Origin: an uncultured Acidobacteriota bacterium
Lineage (GTDB): Bacteria > Acidobacteriota > UBA6911
Length of the DNA: 64,000 nucleotides
Assembly: GCA_963843575.1 (NCBI GenBank)
Contig: CAWJKZ010000004.1
Span: 64,001 to 128,000 of the forward strand
Reading direction: 5' to 3'
Part shown: piece by piece, positions 30,435 through 39,581 of the stretch
How the letters are laid out: every line of letters starts with the position of its first letter
Numbering within the stretch: the first letter of the stretch is position 1
Program-made: the position numbers and the translations under genes
The notes under the pieces: model-generated
Told to the model about the DNA's origin: nothing
Seen by the model: the letters and a program-made list of their open reading frames with translations, nothing else
Databases searched by the model: none

Positions 30435-30791
30435 TCATTCCCCCGACTGAGTGTCTCTGATGAAGTGTGGGATGGATTCGGGTATGGGGAGAGCCAGCTC
30501 GATGAAGCCGGAATACCTGCCATCCTTGTACCAGGGCGACTGGTAAATCAGCTTCCTGCTGCCTGCTTTTTCGATCGAATAGATGTTTGGAACCCCCGAT
30601 GCCAGCAAGGCCGCCAACTTCGTCCGGGCCGGTTCGGGGTGGCAATCGAGCACGTTGGTGCCGATCAGGGCGGATCCGCCATCTTTGGCAAAAGTGTCAC
30701 ATGCCTTCTCGTTCATCCCCAGTAGTATCCCCTCCGGATCACACACCGTGATCGCGGCCGGGAATTCGCCAATCCAGGCTGCATCGTTCAT
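30435..30791 (-). CDS. Stand-alone PAS-domain protein
   Basis: AITVCD..G.LL.MN, LIGTNVLDCHPEP, NIYSIEK.G.RKLIYQSPWY. Confidence 0.85.
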   Translation of the reverse strand: MNDAAWIGEFPAAITVCDPEGILLGMNEKACDTFAKDGGSALIGTNVLDCHPEPARTKLAALLASGVPNIYSIEKAGSRKLIYQSPWYKDGRYSGFIELALPIPESIPHFIRDTQSGE

Positions 30792-30845
30792 CGATCCCTT
30801 TCTCACGCTGCCTTGAGTAGTCAATTACATAAATACGATAGCGTC

Positions 30846-31104
30846 TTTTCGGACGCAGATCCACGCGGATCAAAGACAGAGGCGTTGACTGGGGAAGCCC
30901 GTGTCCTGCTTTTGTCTTTCGTGGCCGGACCAGACGCCGATAGATCGAAGCTCCCCGCGCTTTCTTGAGTACTTGGCAGAAGCCAGAACGCGGATTTCCG
31001 CGGATTTGAAGGGTTCACGCGGATCGGCCGCGCCGGGCGCGGCCTGTCACCAATGTCTCTGTTGTTAATTTGCGTGGATCCTCGTCCATCCGCGTCCGAA
31101 AAAT
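30846..31104. repeat. Palindromic element of ACGCGGAT periodic repeats with inverted ends
   Basis: ttttcggacgcagat... at the left end vs ...atccgcgtccgaaaa at the right end; internal aacgcggatttccgcggat...cacgcggat. Confidence 0.75.
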
Positions 31105-31116
31105 TCGGGCGGAGTG

Positions 31117-33831
31117 CTATCGCGATGCTTCGCTTCTGACGTGTTGGTTGCGGGGAGTTACCGACGTCGAAAGCGCCAGGACCCGTTCCAGGCTGCCGAA
31201 GCGCAGAAACAAACGGTCGAACACGTGCAGGTGAAGTCGTGCAAGAAGCCACCCGGCGGAGCTCATCCCGATGCCCACGAGCACGGACTGCAGCGTCTTG
31301 CGGTACCGGATGGCTTTGACCAGCGGACCCCACCCCGCAGCGCCGGCCGCCGCACACACCAGCATCGTCAAGAGCGCTCCCACCGTCAGCGAAAACGCAG
31401 TCGCAGCCCGAAGCCGATAGGCATAGAAGAGGCCGATCGTCAGCAGACCCACGATGGCGGCGCCACCGACAAGCTGTAGTGACCTCGACAGCGCCCAGAT
31501 TTTGAAGGCGAGCTTATCTGCAACCTCGAGCTGCCGCTGCAGCGCCGTATCGGCCCGTGGCTGAACCATCAGTGGTTCAATCTGCAGAAACTTCCACGGC
31601 ACACGATCGGCAGGCTGCAACCGGAAGCCGAGGATTGGCTCGCGGAGCGAGTACTCGGTCATCAGGTACCCGCTCGTCATGAGTGCATACGCCTCCACCT
31701 CGGAAAAGGAGTCCAGGTCGGTTCGAATAGCCGCGAGCCGGCGTTGCACATCCCTGTGGATCCCGTAAGGGCAAACCGGATCGTGGCGTGGCGGGTCGGA
31801 ACGATCCTGGCACTCGATCCAGTCGACCGCCTCCGCTCCGAGGTCCTGTTTCAGGTGCACGAACATCAGGCCCCTCAATAGCCCGGCGCGACGGCGTGCC
31901 TCCAGTTCGCGGAACTGCGTGCTTCTCAGGCGCGCCTGCAAAATGCTGTTGGATCGAAGCGGCACGCCCAGCAGGCCCGTACTCGGGGCGTCCTGCGAGT
32001 CCATCTGACCGCTGGCGTCACTCAGCAGGAGCACGTTACAGCCCTGTTCGAGAAGGGCCGCGACACCCTGGTTGTCGTGCACGCCGCCATCCACGAGGCG
32101 GACGATCAAAGATCGGCCATCACGTTCGTAAAGGCCATTCAGGGACAGGGGTTCAAAGATACCCGGCACACAGGCTGATGCCGCGACGGCATATCCCAGC
32201 CGGATGCCTTGCCGGCCCGGTGGCATCTGATCGTAATACATGCGTCGCAGGCGATAGTTGGAGTCGATTTTGGCATCCGCCCCCCCGGGCGGCTCGCCCA
32301 TCCAGGAGGCCGTGAACTGCCAGTTGTGCCCGGTGTTTAGGGAGGTCGCATTCAGCACCAGGATGGGCACCTTCGCCGACCGCTTCCAGTTATTGTCCTT
32401 GGGCACGAAGTTCTCGTCCCCTTTTGGCCTGATGAACAACCGGTCAAGCCACCTCTTGCCGGTCTCGCCGTCCTGAACCCGTGAGTAGATCTCGGACTCG
32501 TAAAGCTCGCCGGCCCGCAGGGTGCGGGAGTAACCCGGCAGGAAGACCATTTTGACGTTGGTCAGCCACTCGGCGGCGATCCGAGTACGGACATTCCGCT
32601 GTACGCCGGCCAGAAAGTCTTGCGCTACCCGGCCCACCATATCGATGTAGTCCTCCCTCGTGATCTCCGGGTCTGTCTTGGTCTGCAGGAGATGGCGGAC
32701 CTCGAGATAATAGTGAGCGCCAACGATGGATCCTCCCGACACGCACGAAAGGTACTCGACGGTCCGCAAGAGGTCGAGTTCCGCCAACTTGGCGAGGACT
32801 CCTATGTGATAGAGCGAGGCGCGGAACCCGCCGCCACTCAAAGCCAGGCCGACCTTGCCCTGCATGACCGATGTGACCGCGGCGTAGTTGCCGCCCAGGA
32901 ACTCACGCAGCACACGTTCACCTTCAAGACTCGTCTGCTGGTTCCTGGTTTCGCGGGCCTTCCGCTGCAATCGAAGCAGTGTGGCGATCTGACGTGCGGT
33001 GGTTTCCCACTCCCAGTCGCACACCTCGGGGAGCCGGGCGGCCTGCTGGAGCCACAGGCCTGATTGCGCGAAGTTCTCCAGCCCGAAATACGCCTCCCCG
33101 AGCGTCGCCAGAAACCACCATTCCTGCGCAAGCCAGTCCCTGCCCGGCTGCTCGGGCAGAGGGGGCAGGACCTTGACGATCTCTTCGCGGATGGCGCGCG
33201 ACTGCTGGCGGCGCTCCTGGGCCAGAGTACTGGAGGATGCGGCAGCGCGAGCCCCCGATTCGGCTGAATCGGCGAGGAGGTCGAGCACGAAGGCGGCGTT
33301 GATTGCAGTGTACCCGTAATCGCCGACCACACCCTGTCTGTAACCGCGCATGTAGTAGGCCAATGACGTCTCGAGATGGTCATCCAGCCCGGTCAGCTCC
33401 CACTTGCGCTTGTAGATCGCGCCTGCCTGGCCGAGCGTCTCCTGGTTCGTGGACGTCCCGAGTGGATCTGCGGCGTTGAGGATGCCCAGTGCGCGGTCAA
33501 AGCGGTCGTCCGTGGCTCGCGCAGGGCCGTAGGGAGTGCGGCTCAGACCCGGGTCGGCGGGCAGGTCGGGATCCTTGTAGGTACAGAGTGCGCGCTGCTG
33601 CGCGAACTTGAGACGCTGCTCCCGGTCGGGATGCTGTTGGATTTCGGGGGAATTGGCATGACGGTCCAGGATCTTACGCGCCAGGCCGAACTTGCGTTCC
33701 TTCTTGAGCGCAAAAACAAGTTCGAGCAACGCGCCCGGCTGAATGCTCCTGCCGGCGAGTATGGACTCTGCTTCTCGAACCGCCTCGCTCGTGCCGAGTG
33801 TGCGGGACTGTTGGATCGGACCTGATGTCAT
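31117..33831 (-). CDS. TPR (TPR-S/DUF4071-like) - patatin phospholipase - C-terminal TM helices
   Basis: N-terminal ETLGQAGAIYKRKW, YTAINAAF, WWFLATLGEA; patatin GLALSGGGFRA, CVSGGS, LNATSL, ASACVPG, DGG; hydrophobic C-terminal helices. Confidence 0.9.
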   Translation of the reverse strand: MTSGPIQQSRTLGTSEAVREAESILAGRSIQPGALLELVFALKKERKFGLARKILDRHANSPEIQQHPDREQRLKFAQQRALCTYKDPDLPADPGLSRTPYGPARATDDRFDRALGILNAADPLGTSTNQETLGQAGAIYKRKWELTGLDDHLETSLAYYMRGYRQGVVGDYGYTAINAAFVLDLLADSAESGARAAASSSTLAQERRQQSRAIREEIVKVLPPLPEQPGRDWLAQEWWFLATLGEAYFGLENFAQSGLWLQQAARLPEVCDWEWETTARQIATLLRLQRKARETRNQQTSLEGERVLREFLGGNYAAVTSVMQGKVGLALSGGGFRASLYHIGVLAKLAELDLLRTVEYLSCVSGGSIVGAHYYLEVRHLLQTKTDPEITREDYIDMVGRVAQDFLAGVQRNVRTRIAAEWLTNVKMVFLPGYSRTLRAGELYESEIYSRVQDGETGKRWLDRLFIRPKGDENFVPKDNNWKRSAKVPILVLNATSLNTGHNWQFTASWMGEPPGGADAKIDSNYRLRRMYYDQMPPGRQGIRLGYAVAASACVPGIFEPLSLNGLYERDGRSLIVRLVDGGVHDNQGVAALLEQGCNVLLLSDASGQMDSQDAPSTGLLGVPLRSNSILQARLRSTQFRELEARRRAGLLRGLMFVHLKQDLGAEAVDWIECQDRSDPPRHDPVCPYGIHRDVQRRLAAIRTDLDSFSEVEAYALMTSGYLMTEYSLREPILGFRLQPADRVPWKFLQIEPLMVQPRADTALQRQLEVADKLAFKIWALSRSLQLVGGAAIVGLLTIGLFYAYRLRAATAFSLTVGALLTMLVCAAAGAAGWGPLVKAIRYRKTLQSVLVGIGMSSAGWLLARLHLHVFDRLFLRFGSLERVLALSTSVTPRNQHVRSEASR

Positions 33832-33875
33832 GGCATGCATCCTCCAGCGCCACTCGGTTTGAAGCAGAACGTTCC

Positions 33876-35201
33876 TCAACGACCCGAGCTGGCGCGCAGG
33901 GAGCGCTCCACGTCCAGTGCCCACCCGACTGATTGTCCGCGTCGTTCGCGGGTTTCTGTGATGAGGTGCAGGTTACGGGCTGTGGTCTCGGGTTCCCAAA
34001 CTTCCCGCACCGCGGCAAGAGCATTGGCCAGCGCATCGTCGGCGGTTGCCTGGTCGTTCGCCAGCACCGCCAGTTCCAGCCGCGTCGCGTGGTCCCAGTA
34101 ATCCGGCTTGCCCGCAGCGATCCGGCGTTCGACCGCGTATGAAACGACGGGGATGATCCGCAGCCGTCGTTCATCGGGCGGATCGCGCAGTTCCATGAGC
34201 GTTACGGCGTTGATGCCGGGATAGGCGTCGCGCCAGTCGGCCTCGAATCCCTTCAGATAGGCGTCAATCGCCTTGTTCAACAATCCGCGTGCAAGGGCGT
34301 TTTCACCGGCCTTGGCTGCTTCCTCCCAACGGTCTTTGTAGACCCGCCCGAGGATGCCATAGGTTTCGCTGCTCGGTCCACGTTGACCGAGCAGGTCCAA
34401 CAGCACCCGTTCTGCCTCGTCCCCGCGATTGGCCCGATTCAACGCCAATCCCAGTTGTTCGCGCACCATGACCGTCGCCGCCAGCGGAGGAGTCATTTTC
34501 GGCACCAGCTCGATCATGTCGGACCACGCCTTCACAGCCCGATAGGACAGGAAGAGATCGATGACAACACCGGCCTCGGCATCAGCGAGGTCGGTGATTT
34601 CCTCCTCGATCTCATGGAGGGCGTCGCGCCCCCGCTTCCTTGCCCCGGCCAGCTTTGCTCGAAGCTGCTCCGCATAGGTGACGCGTTCCCGAAAAACATC
34701 CGTCTTCAGCCGCTGAATGTCGGGGAATCCATCCAACAGCTGGTAGACGGGGCTGTCGATTGGGTAGTGCCGTGCCCCTTCCAGCCGTTTGACTATCCTG
34801 AATCGGTCGTCGTCGACATTCGCGGGCTTGCCATTCGCTCCCAGCCTGTAGGGAACCGCACGGAGCGGACCCACATCGAAAGGGAGTTGGCCCGAACCCT
34901 CGGCGAAGATCAGGACCGTGCTGGCCGGCCGAACGGCGTGTCGGAGCCCGAGCTCGTAGAACACGTTCGCGTTCGCGGTGGTGAGATCCGCCACGGCATA
35001 TTCGCAGAGGATGAGCCGCTCGAACATCGGCTTGTGGATCATCCCGCCGGCCTGCTCCTCGTCGGCACGCAGCGGTTCCAGCGAGGCTTCCCGGATCGCG
35101 GGAGCGATCAACTCGTTGAAGACGGCGTCGAACTGGATCGGCATCCCGCCACTACCCGGTTTAGTGCCAAACGGCATTAAAACGAAGCAGAGAGGCTTCA
35201 T
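33876..35201 (-). CDS. Nucleoside deoxyribosyltransferase-like (NDT) domain + DUF4071/TPR-S domain protein
   Basis: CFVLMPFG, RADE, ADLTTANANVFYELGLRHA, LPFD; then LSYRAV..W, ETYGILGRVYKD, YPGINAVTL, DYWDHAT, WEPETTARNL. Confidence 0.88.
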   Translation of the reverse strand: MKPLCFVLMPFGTKPGSGGMPIQFDAVFNELIAPAIREASLEPLRADEEQAGGMIHKPMFERLILCEYAVADLTTANANVFYELGLRHAVRPASTVLIFAEGSGQLPFDVGPLRAVPYRLGANGKPANVDDDRFRIVKRLEGARHYPIDSPVYQLLDGFPDIQRLKTDVFRERVTYAEQLRAKLAGARKRGRDALHEIEEEITDLADAEAGVVIDLFLSYRAVKAWSDMIELVPKMTPPLAATVMVREQLGLALNRANRGDEAERVLLDLLGQRGPSSETYGILGRVYKDRWEEAAKAGENALARGLLNKAIDAYLKGFEADWRDAYPGINAVTLMELRDPPDERRLRIIPVVSYAVERRIAAGKPDYWDHATRLELAVLANDQATADDALANALAAVREVWEPETTARNLHLITETRERRGQSVGWALDVERSLRASSGR

Positions 35202-35451
35202 GGTTTGGTTTCTCCCGCAAACTGAGCTTCGGCCCACCAGAGGTCGGGCCACAGTTCTTCGCAAGAAAGGAAATAGAGCTGCGTCGACAGGCGGCCTTTC
35301 ATTGAGGCCCGGTTTCGTTCGTCCGGCCCGTGAGAGCCACCGCCGGTAAGATCAAGTCTGAACGTACTCTAGGTCCAGATTGGTGGTCACCGTCAAGCGA
35401 AATTAGCGTGTGGCGGGCACATTCCTGGGTGGTGCTGGTCACCGGCTAACA

Positions 35452-35510
35452 CGGCGGAACGCGGATTTCATCGAATCTCACGGATTCACGGATCCGAATC
35501 CGCGTCCTTA
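35452..35510. repeat. ACGCGGAT/CACGGAT periodic repeat in the divergent intergenic region of the island
   Basis: aacgcggatttcatcgaatctcacggattcacggatccgaatccgcgtcc. Confidence 0.65.
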
Positions 35511-35715
35511 TCATATTTCTGAACTTCCTCGAGCGTCGTTTTGAGCTATGATTCTCGTCATATAGCCGGGGAGAGTGACCCCGAATCGGGAAGCAGCGAA
35601 TCCTGTCCCAGACGGTGGTTTACTTGTCCCCCCCTTTCCTCTCCGCTGGCGCCATGTTGCGGATGGCCGGTCCAGGCCACCCGGTGTCGAGCTTTGCAGA
35701 CGCGGGGCCCTCACG

Positions 35716-38700
35716 ATGCTGATCAAGAAGATATTCCTGGCCTCCTCCTCGGAGCTCAAGGAGGACCGCACGCAGTTCGAGCTCCTCATCAATCGCAAGA
35801 ACAAGGAGTGGGTCGGTAAGGGCGTTTTCCTGGAGCTTCTGGTCTGGGAAGACTTCCTCGACGCCGTCTCGAAAACCCGCCTGCAGGATGAATACAACAA
35901 GGCCATCCGGGACTGCGACCTTTTCGTGATGCTGTTCTTTACCAAGGTCGGGAAATACACCGAGGAGGAGTTCGAGGCTGCGTTTGGCCAGTTCAAGGCC
36001 ACCAACAGGCCCTTCATCTTCACCTATTTCAAGGACGCGGAGGTCAGCCTTGGCAGTGCGAACAAAAAGGACATGCTCAGCCTGTTCGCCTTCCAGGAGA
36101 AGCTGGACGCCCTGGGACACTTCTACACTCGATACGAGAACATCGACGCGCTGAAGCTTCACTTCACCCAGCAGCTGGACAAGCTCGCCGCGAGCGGGTT
36201 TATCGAGTTCGGGGCTGACAAGGCGGGAGGCAAAGCGCCTGGCGCGCCCTACCAGGCACCTCCCCCCGCGGCCGACCATGTCGCACGACCCGCGGAACTG
36301 GCGGATCTCAAGCGGCATCTCCTCGGCAAGAATGGGGAACTGCTCCCGAGCACGATCGGGTTGCACGGCTTCGGCGGGGCCGGCAAGACTACGCTGGCGC
36401 GTCTTCTTTGCGCCGATGCCGCGGTTCGGCAGGCATGTCGGGACGGCATTCTGTGGGTGCCGCTGGGAAAGAACCCTCCGGAGCCGCGTGCGCAGATGGC
36501 AGATCTCGTCTCGGCCTTAACCGGTGATTGCAGCGGGTGTACCACGCTTCCGGGTGCGCGGGCACGATTGCAGGCCGCACTGTCTAATAAAAACATCCTC
36601 CTCGTCCTGGATGACGTCTGGGATGAGGCCCAGGTCCGTGACGTCGTCGAAGCCAGCACCGGCTGCGCCCGGCTCATCACCACCCGCAACACGTTCACGC
36701 TGCCTTTCGAAGCGATCCTGATCGACGTGGGAACGATGCAGGACGAGGAGGCGGGACGCCTGCTTGCAGCCGGACTGCCGCAAGGTCAGGACGCGCGGCT
36801 CTCGGATCTCGCTCGCAAACTCGGATGCTGGCCGGTGCTGCTGCGTCTGGCCAACCGCACCCTGCGCCAGCGCATTTTGGGCCAGCGGACGTCGCTCCCC
36901 AAGGCGCTGGATGCGGTCGAGAGCGACCTGGCGCGCAAGGGCATTCTCGCTTTCGATCCCACACGCGACGCGGCCGAGCGGGACCAGGCGGTCGCGGCAA
37001 CCGTCGAAGCGAGTCTGGAACTTCTGGACCCCGCAGAGCGCCGACGCTATCTCGAGTTGGCACTCTTTCCGCAGGACATCCCCATCCCGCTGCGACGTGT
37101 CGCGGAGCTTTGGGAGCTCTCGGGTGGGATCACTTTTGAACAGGCCGAAGACCTCGTAACCACGCGACTCGATCCCCTGTCGCTGGTCGAATATAACGGG
37201 GAGGCCGGTACGATTCAGCTGCACGACGTTCTGCGTCGGTACGTCTCGGCCAAGCTGCCGGACAAGGCAACTCTGCACCTGCGTCTGGTCGAGCGGTGGG
37301 GCGACCGTCCCGCGCATGACGACCTCTATGGGTGGCGCTGGATCGCATTTCACCGCGCGCAGGCCGCCCTGGCGAGCGATCAACCTGCGCGCCACGCCCT
37401 GACCGAGCGGTTGGTGGGGCTTGTGACGGATGAGCAGTGGCAGAAAGTGCACGAAGACACGCTCACGGATCCTCCCGCCCTGAGGGATGCGCTCGCGGTC
37501 GCGCTCGAGGCGGCCATCGCAGACGACGTGCCGCTGGGAGTCCCGCTGGTGGTCCGGGTGGCGGACGCCCTCGTCGGTTTCCAGCGCGATCATTCCCGCC
37601 CGGAACCCGTGTTCGACCTCGCGCGGCGGGGTGATCTTGGCGGTGCCCGTCGCCGCAGCGCGCTGTTCTCCATCGACGAGCACTGGCGCCAACTGCTGAT
37701 GCTCGCCGCGGCGTGGCTCGCGCCGCTCGATTGCCGCGACAGCGCGCGCAAGCTGGTGGACGAGATCCAGGCCGAGCTCGCACCGCACCAGGCCCTGCGC
37801 GACCTGTGCCGCTGGATTCGCGCCGATCTTTGGGGCGAGCCCGCGCCGGCTTTCCCCTTCCTGGTTCCCCCCGACAAAGCCGACGAGGCGCTGATCGAGG
37901 AGTTGCTCAAACGCGTCGGCGGAGGTCAATACAGCCGGGAGCTCATCGTAAGCCGGGGACTCGATCCGAACGTCGCGGACCCGGACACGCCTCCGCCGGC
38001 GGAGGGGCTCTACCGCCAGCCGGTGCTGGGCGGAACCAGCGCCAACGAGAAGGAAGAGCGGACCACCACGCGCTATCTTGCCGAGCTGGACGGTCCCTAC
38101 CTGGTAGCCTACGCGGCGCGCGATCCGGCGAACGGAAGGGAGGCTCTCGAACGGTACCTCAGTGTCTACACGAACTACAGCTATCCCGAGTACCGATTCA
38201 GTACCCTGTGGCTGCTCCTGGGCTACATTGTCCAGCTGCCGCGGACCGACGGCGGCCAGTGGGTCCGGGAGTGCGTCCTGCGGATTCTCACCTCGGCCTT
38301 GAGTGGCGGAAGCGTCGAATTCGAGAAGGGGTTGCCCATTGCCGCTACCGCCCTGCGCGCCCGCGCCGGGGACCAGGGCGCGTGGAAAACGCTCACCGAA
38401 CAGGCTCGTCGGCTGATGGACGAGGCCGCTCGACTGAAGCCGGGACGCGACCGCGGGGGCAGCGACATCTGGGCACACCAGAAGCGGCTGATGCTCGCAA
38501 CCGCTCAGGCGCTCGGGTGGCTGGTGGGCGAAAAAACTCTGGCGGGCCAAGTCCTGCACGACGCGTTCGGTCTGGCCGATTCGGGTTTTGCCGGGTACCA
38601 GGCGCCGGCCTGCCTCGCACTGGCGGAGGCCGTTCTGGTGTGCCGGCGAAACGACCCCGAAGGGGCGGGAGAGATCGAGCAGGCACTGGAGTGGGCACAG

Positions 38701-39351
38701 CGGGCCGCGCACAACGTGCAGGACCCGACCTTTTGCGCGCGAATGACGGCCCGCGTCAACGCGATGCGGCGAGGCTGGTCGCAAGGCTTCGACCCGGTCG
38801 CGGGGGCGCGGCGCCTGGCAGAAGCCGCCCACGCACCGGAGTTCGCCGCGCTGCACCGCGTCGGCCATCAATACACCGGTCGCAGGCCGGATGCACTGCC
38901 CCTTCCACCGTGGGCATTCGATGACGGGACCTTCGACGGGTTGCAGCGGCTCTATCAGCGTCCGAAAGCTGATTTCCTGCGTCTCAACATCGGCGCGAAC
39001 GAGCCGTTCAAGAAGGACAGCAAACTGATCGTGCGTGAGGTGGCGGTGCCCGATCCGGGCTTCGTGCCGCATCTGGCCGCGAGACTTGCGGCCGAGGTGC
39101 TCGCTCAGGCAATCGACGTGCCCCTGTCGGCCGAGCGTCTGCAATTGCTGCGCTTGCTCGTGCCCTATGCCATACCGAGCCCAACGGCGCTCGATGCCGT
39201 GCTGACGCGGCTGGTGCTTGCGCAGGGCCGCCGCGCGGCGCCCGCAGGTCCCGCCGAGGTGGAAGCACTCGATGCCGTCATCGCGCGGCGCACGGCGACC
39301 AAGTCCGACGCGCCGGCAAGCGAGCTTCTTGCCGGGCGCTTGCCCGCCTGA
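35716..39351 (+). CDS. STAND NTPase: DUF4062/TIR-like N-terminus, NB-ARC, wHTH, long helical C-terminus with LysM-like motif
   Basis: KIFLASSSEL...DLFVMLF..GKYTEEEF; Walker A GFGGAGKTT, Walker B LLVLDDVWD, LITTR, GCWPVLL (GxP), LHDVLR (MHD). Confidence 0.9.
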   Translation: MLIKKIFLASSSELKEDRTQFELLINRKNKEWVGKGVFLELLVWEDFLDAVSKTRLQDEYNKAIRDCDLFVMLFFTKVGKYTEEEFEAAFGQFKATNRPFIFTYFKDAEVSLGSANKKDMLSLFAFQEKLDALGHFYTRYENIDALKLHFTQQLDKLAASGFIEFGADKAGGKAPGAPYQAPPPAADHVARPAELADLKRHLLGKNGELLPSTIGLHGFGGAGKTTLARLLCADAAVRQACRDGILWVPLGKNPPEPRAQMADLVSALTGDCSGCTTLPGARARLQAALSNKNILLVLDDVWDEAQVRDVVEASTGCARLITTRNTFTLPFEAILIDVGTMQDEEAGRLLAAGLPQGQDARLSDLARKLGCWPVLLRLANRTLRQRILGQRTSLPKALDAVESDLARKGILAFDPTRDAAERDQAVAATVEASLELLDPAERRRYLELALFPQDIPIPLRRVAELWELSGGITFEQAEDLVTTRLDPLSLVEYNGEAGTIQLHDVLRRYVSAKLPDKATLHLRLVERWGDRPAHDDLYGWRWIAFHRAQAALASDQPARHALTERLVGLVTDEQWQKVHEDTLTDPPALRDALAVALEAAIADDVPLGVPLVVRVADALVGFQRDHSRPEPVFDLARRGDLGGARRRSALFSIDEHWRQLLMLAAAWLAPLDCRDSARKLVDEIQAELAPHQALRDLCRWIRADLWGEPAPAFPFLVPPDKADEALIEELLKRVGGGQYSRELIVSRGLDPNVADPDTPPPAEGLYRQPVLGGTSANEKEERTTTRYLAELDGPYLVAYAARDPANGREALERYLSVYTNYSYPEYRFSTLWLLLGYIVQLPRTDGGQWVRECVLRILTSALSGGSVEFEKGLPIAATALRARAGDQGAWKTLTEQARRLMDEAARLKPGRDRGGSDIWAHQKRLMLATAQALGWLVGEKTLAGQVLHDAFGLADSGFAGYQAPACLALAEAVLVCRRNDPEGAGEIEQALEWAQRAAHNVQDPTFCARMTARVNAMRRGWSQGFDPVAGARRLAEAAHAPEFAALHRVGHQYTGRRPDALPLPPWAFDDGTFDGLQRLYQRPKADFLRLNIGANEPFKKDSKLIVREVAVPDPGFVPHLAARLAAEVLAQAIDVPLSAERLQLLRLLVPYAIPSPTALDAVLTRLVLAQGRRAAPAGPAEVEALDAVIARRTATKSDAPASELLAGRLPA

Positions 39352-39393
39352 TGCCTCTGCATTTGGGGACGCGGATCGTCTTTTCGGCAGAAT

Positions 39394-39475
39394 GACTTCG
39401 AGGTTCTTTGAGGTCTTGGAGGTAAGTTCCTTAGCCCACCTCCAAGACTCCAAGACCTCAAAGAATCTCCAAGTG
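39394..39475. repeat. Long inverted repeat/hairpin with 9-bp periodicity
   Basis: acttcgaggttctttgaggtcttggag ... ctccaagacctcaaagaatctccaagt. Confidence 0.75.
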
Positions 39476-39581
39476 CGTTTGCGGCTCTGCCGCGCCGTGT
39501 TGTTCTGCGGTCGTTACCGTTTGCCGCGGGTACTTTTATGTGCAATGAGCATGAAAAACAGCAGGCCGGGTGTCCCAACCC

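Noticed and set aside
30846-31104. Periodic repeats as CRISPR array or attC integron sites
   Set aside because: There is no constant repeat-spacer structure, no clear RYYYAAC/GTTRRRY core pair, and no integrase in the window.
36517-39453. 978-aa antisense ORF, and many other long shadow ORFs (e.g. 903..2594, 15952..17511, 26084..27424)
   Set aside because: They lie opposite well-supported genes, have no recognisable motifs, and are expected in high-GC DNA.
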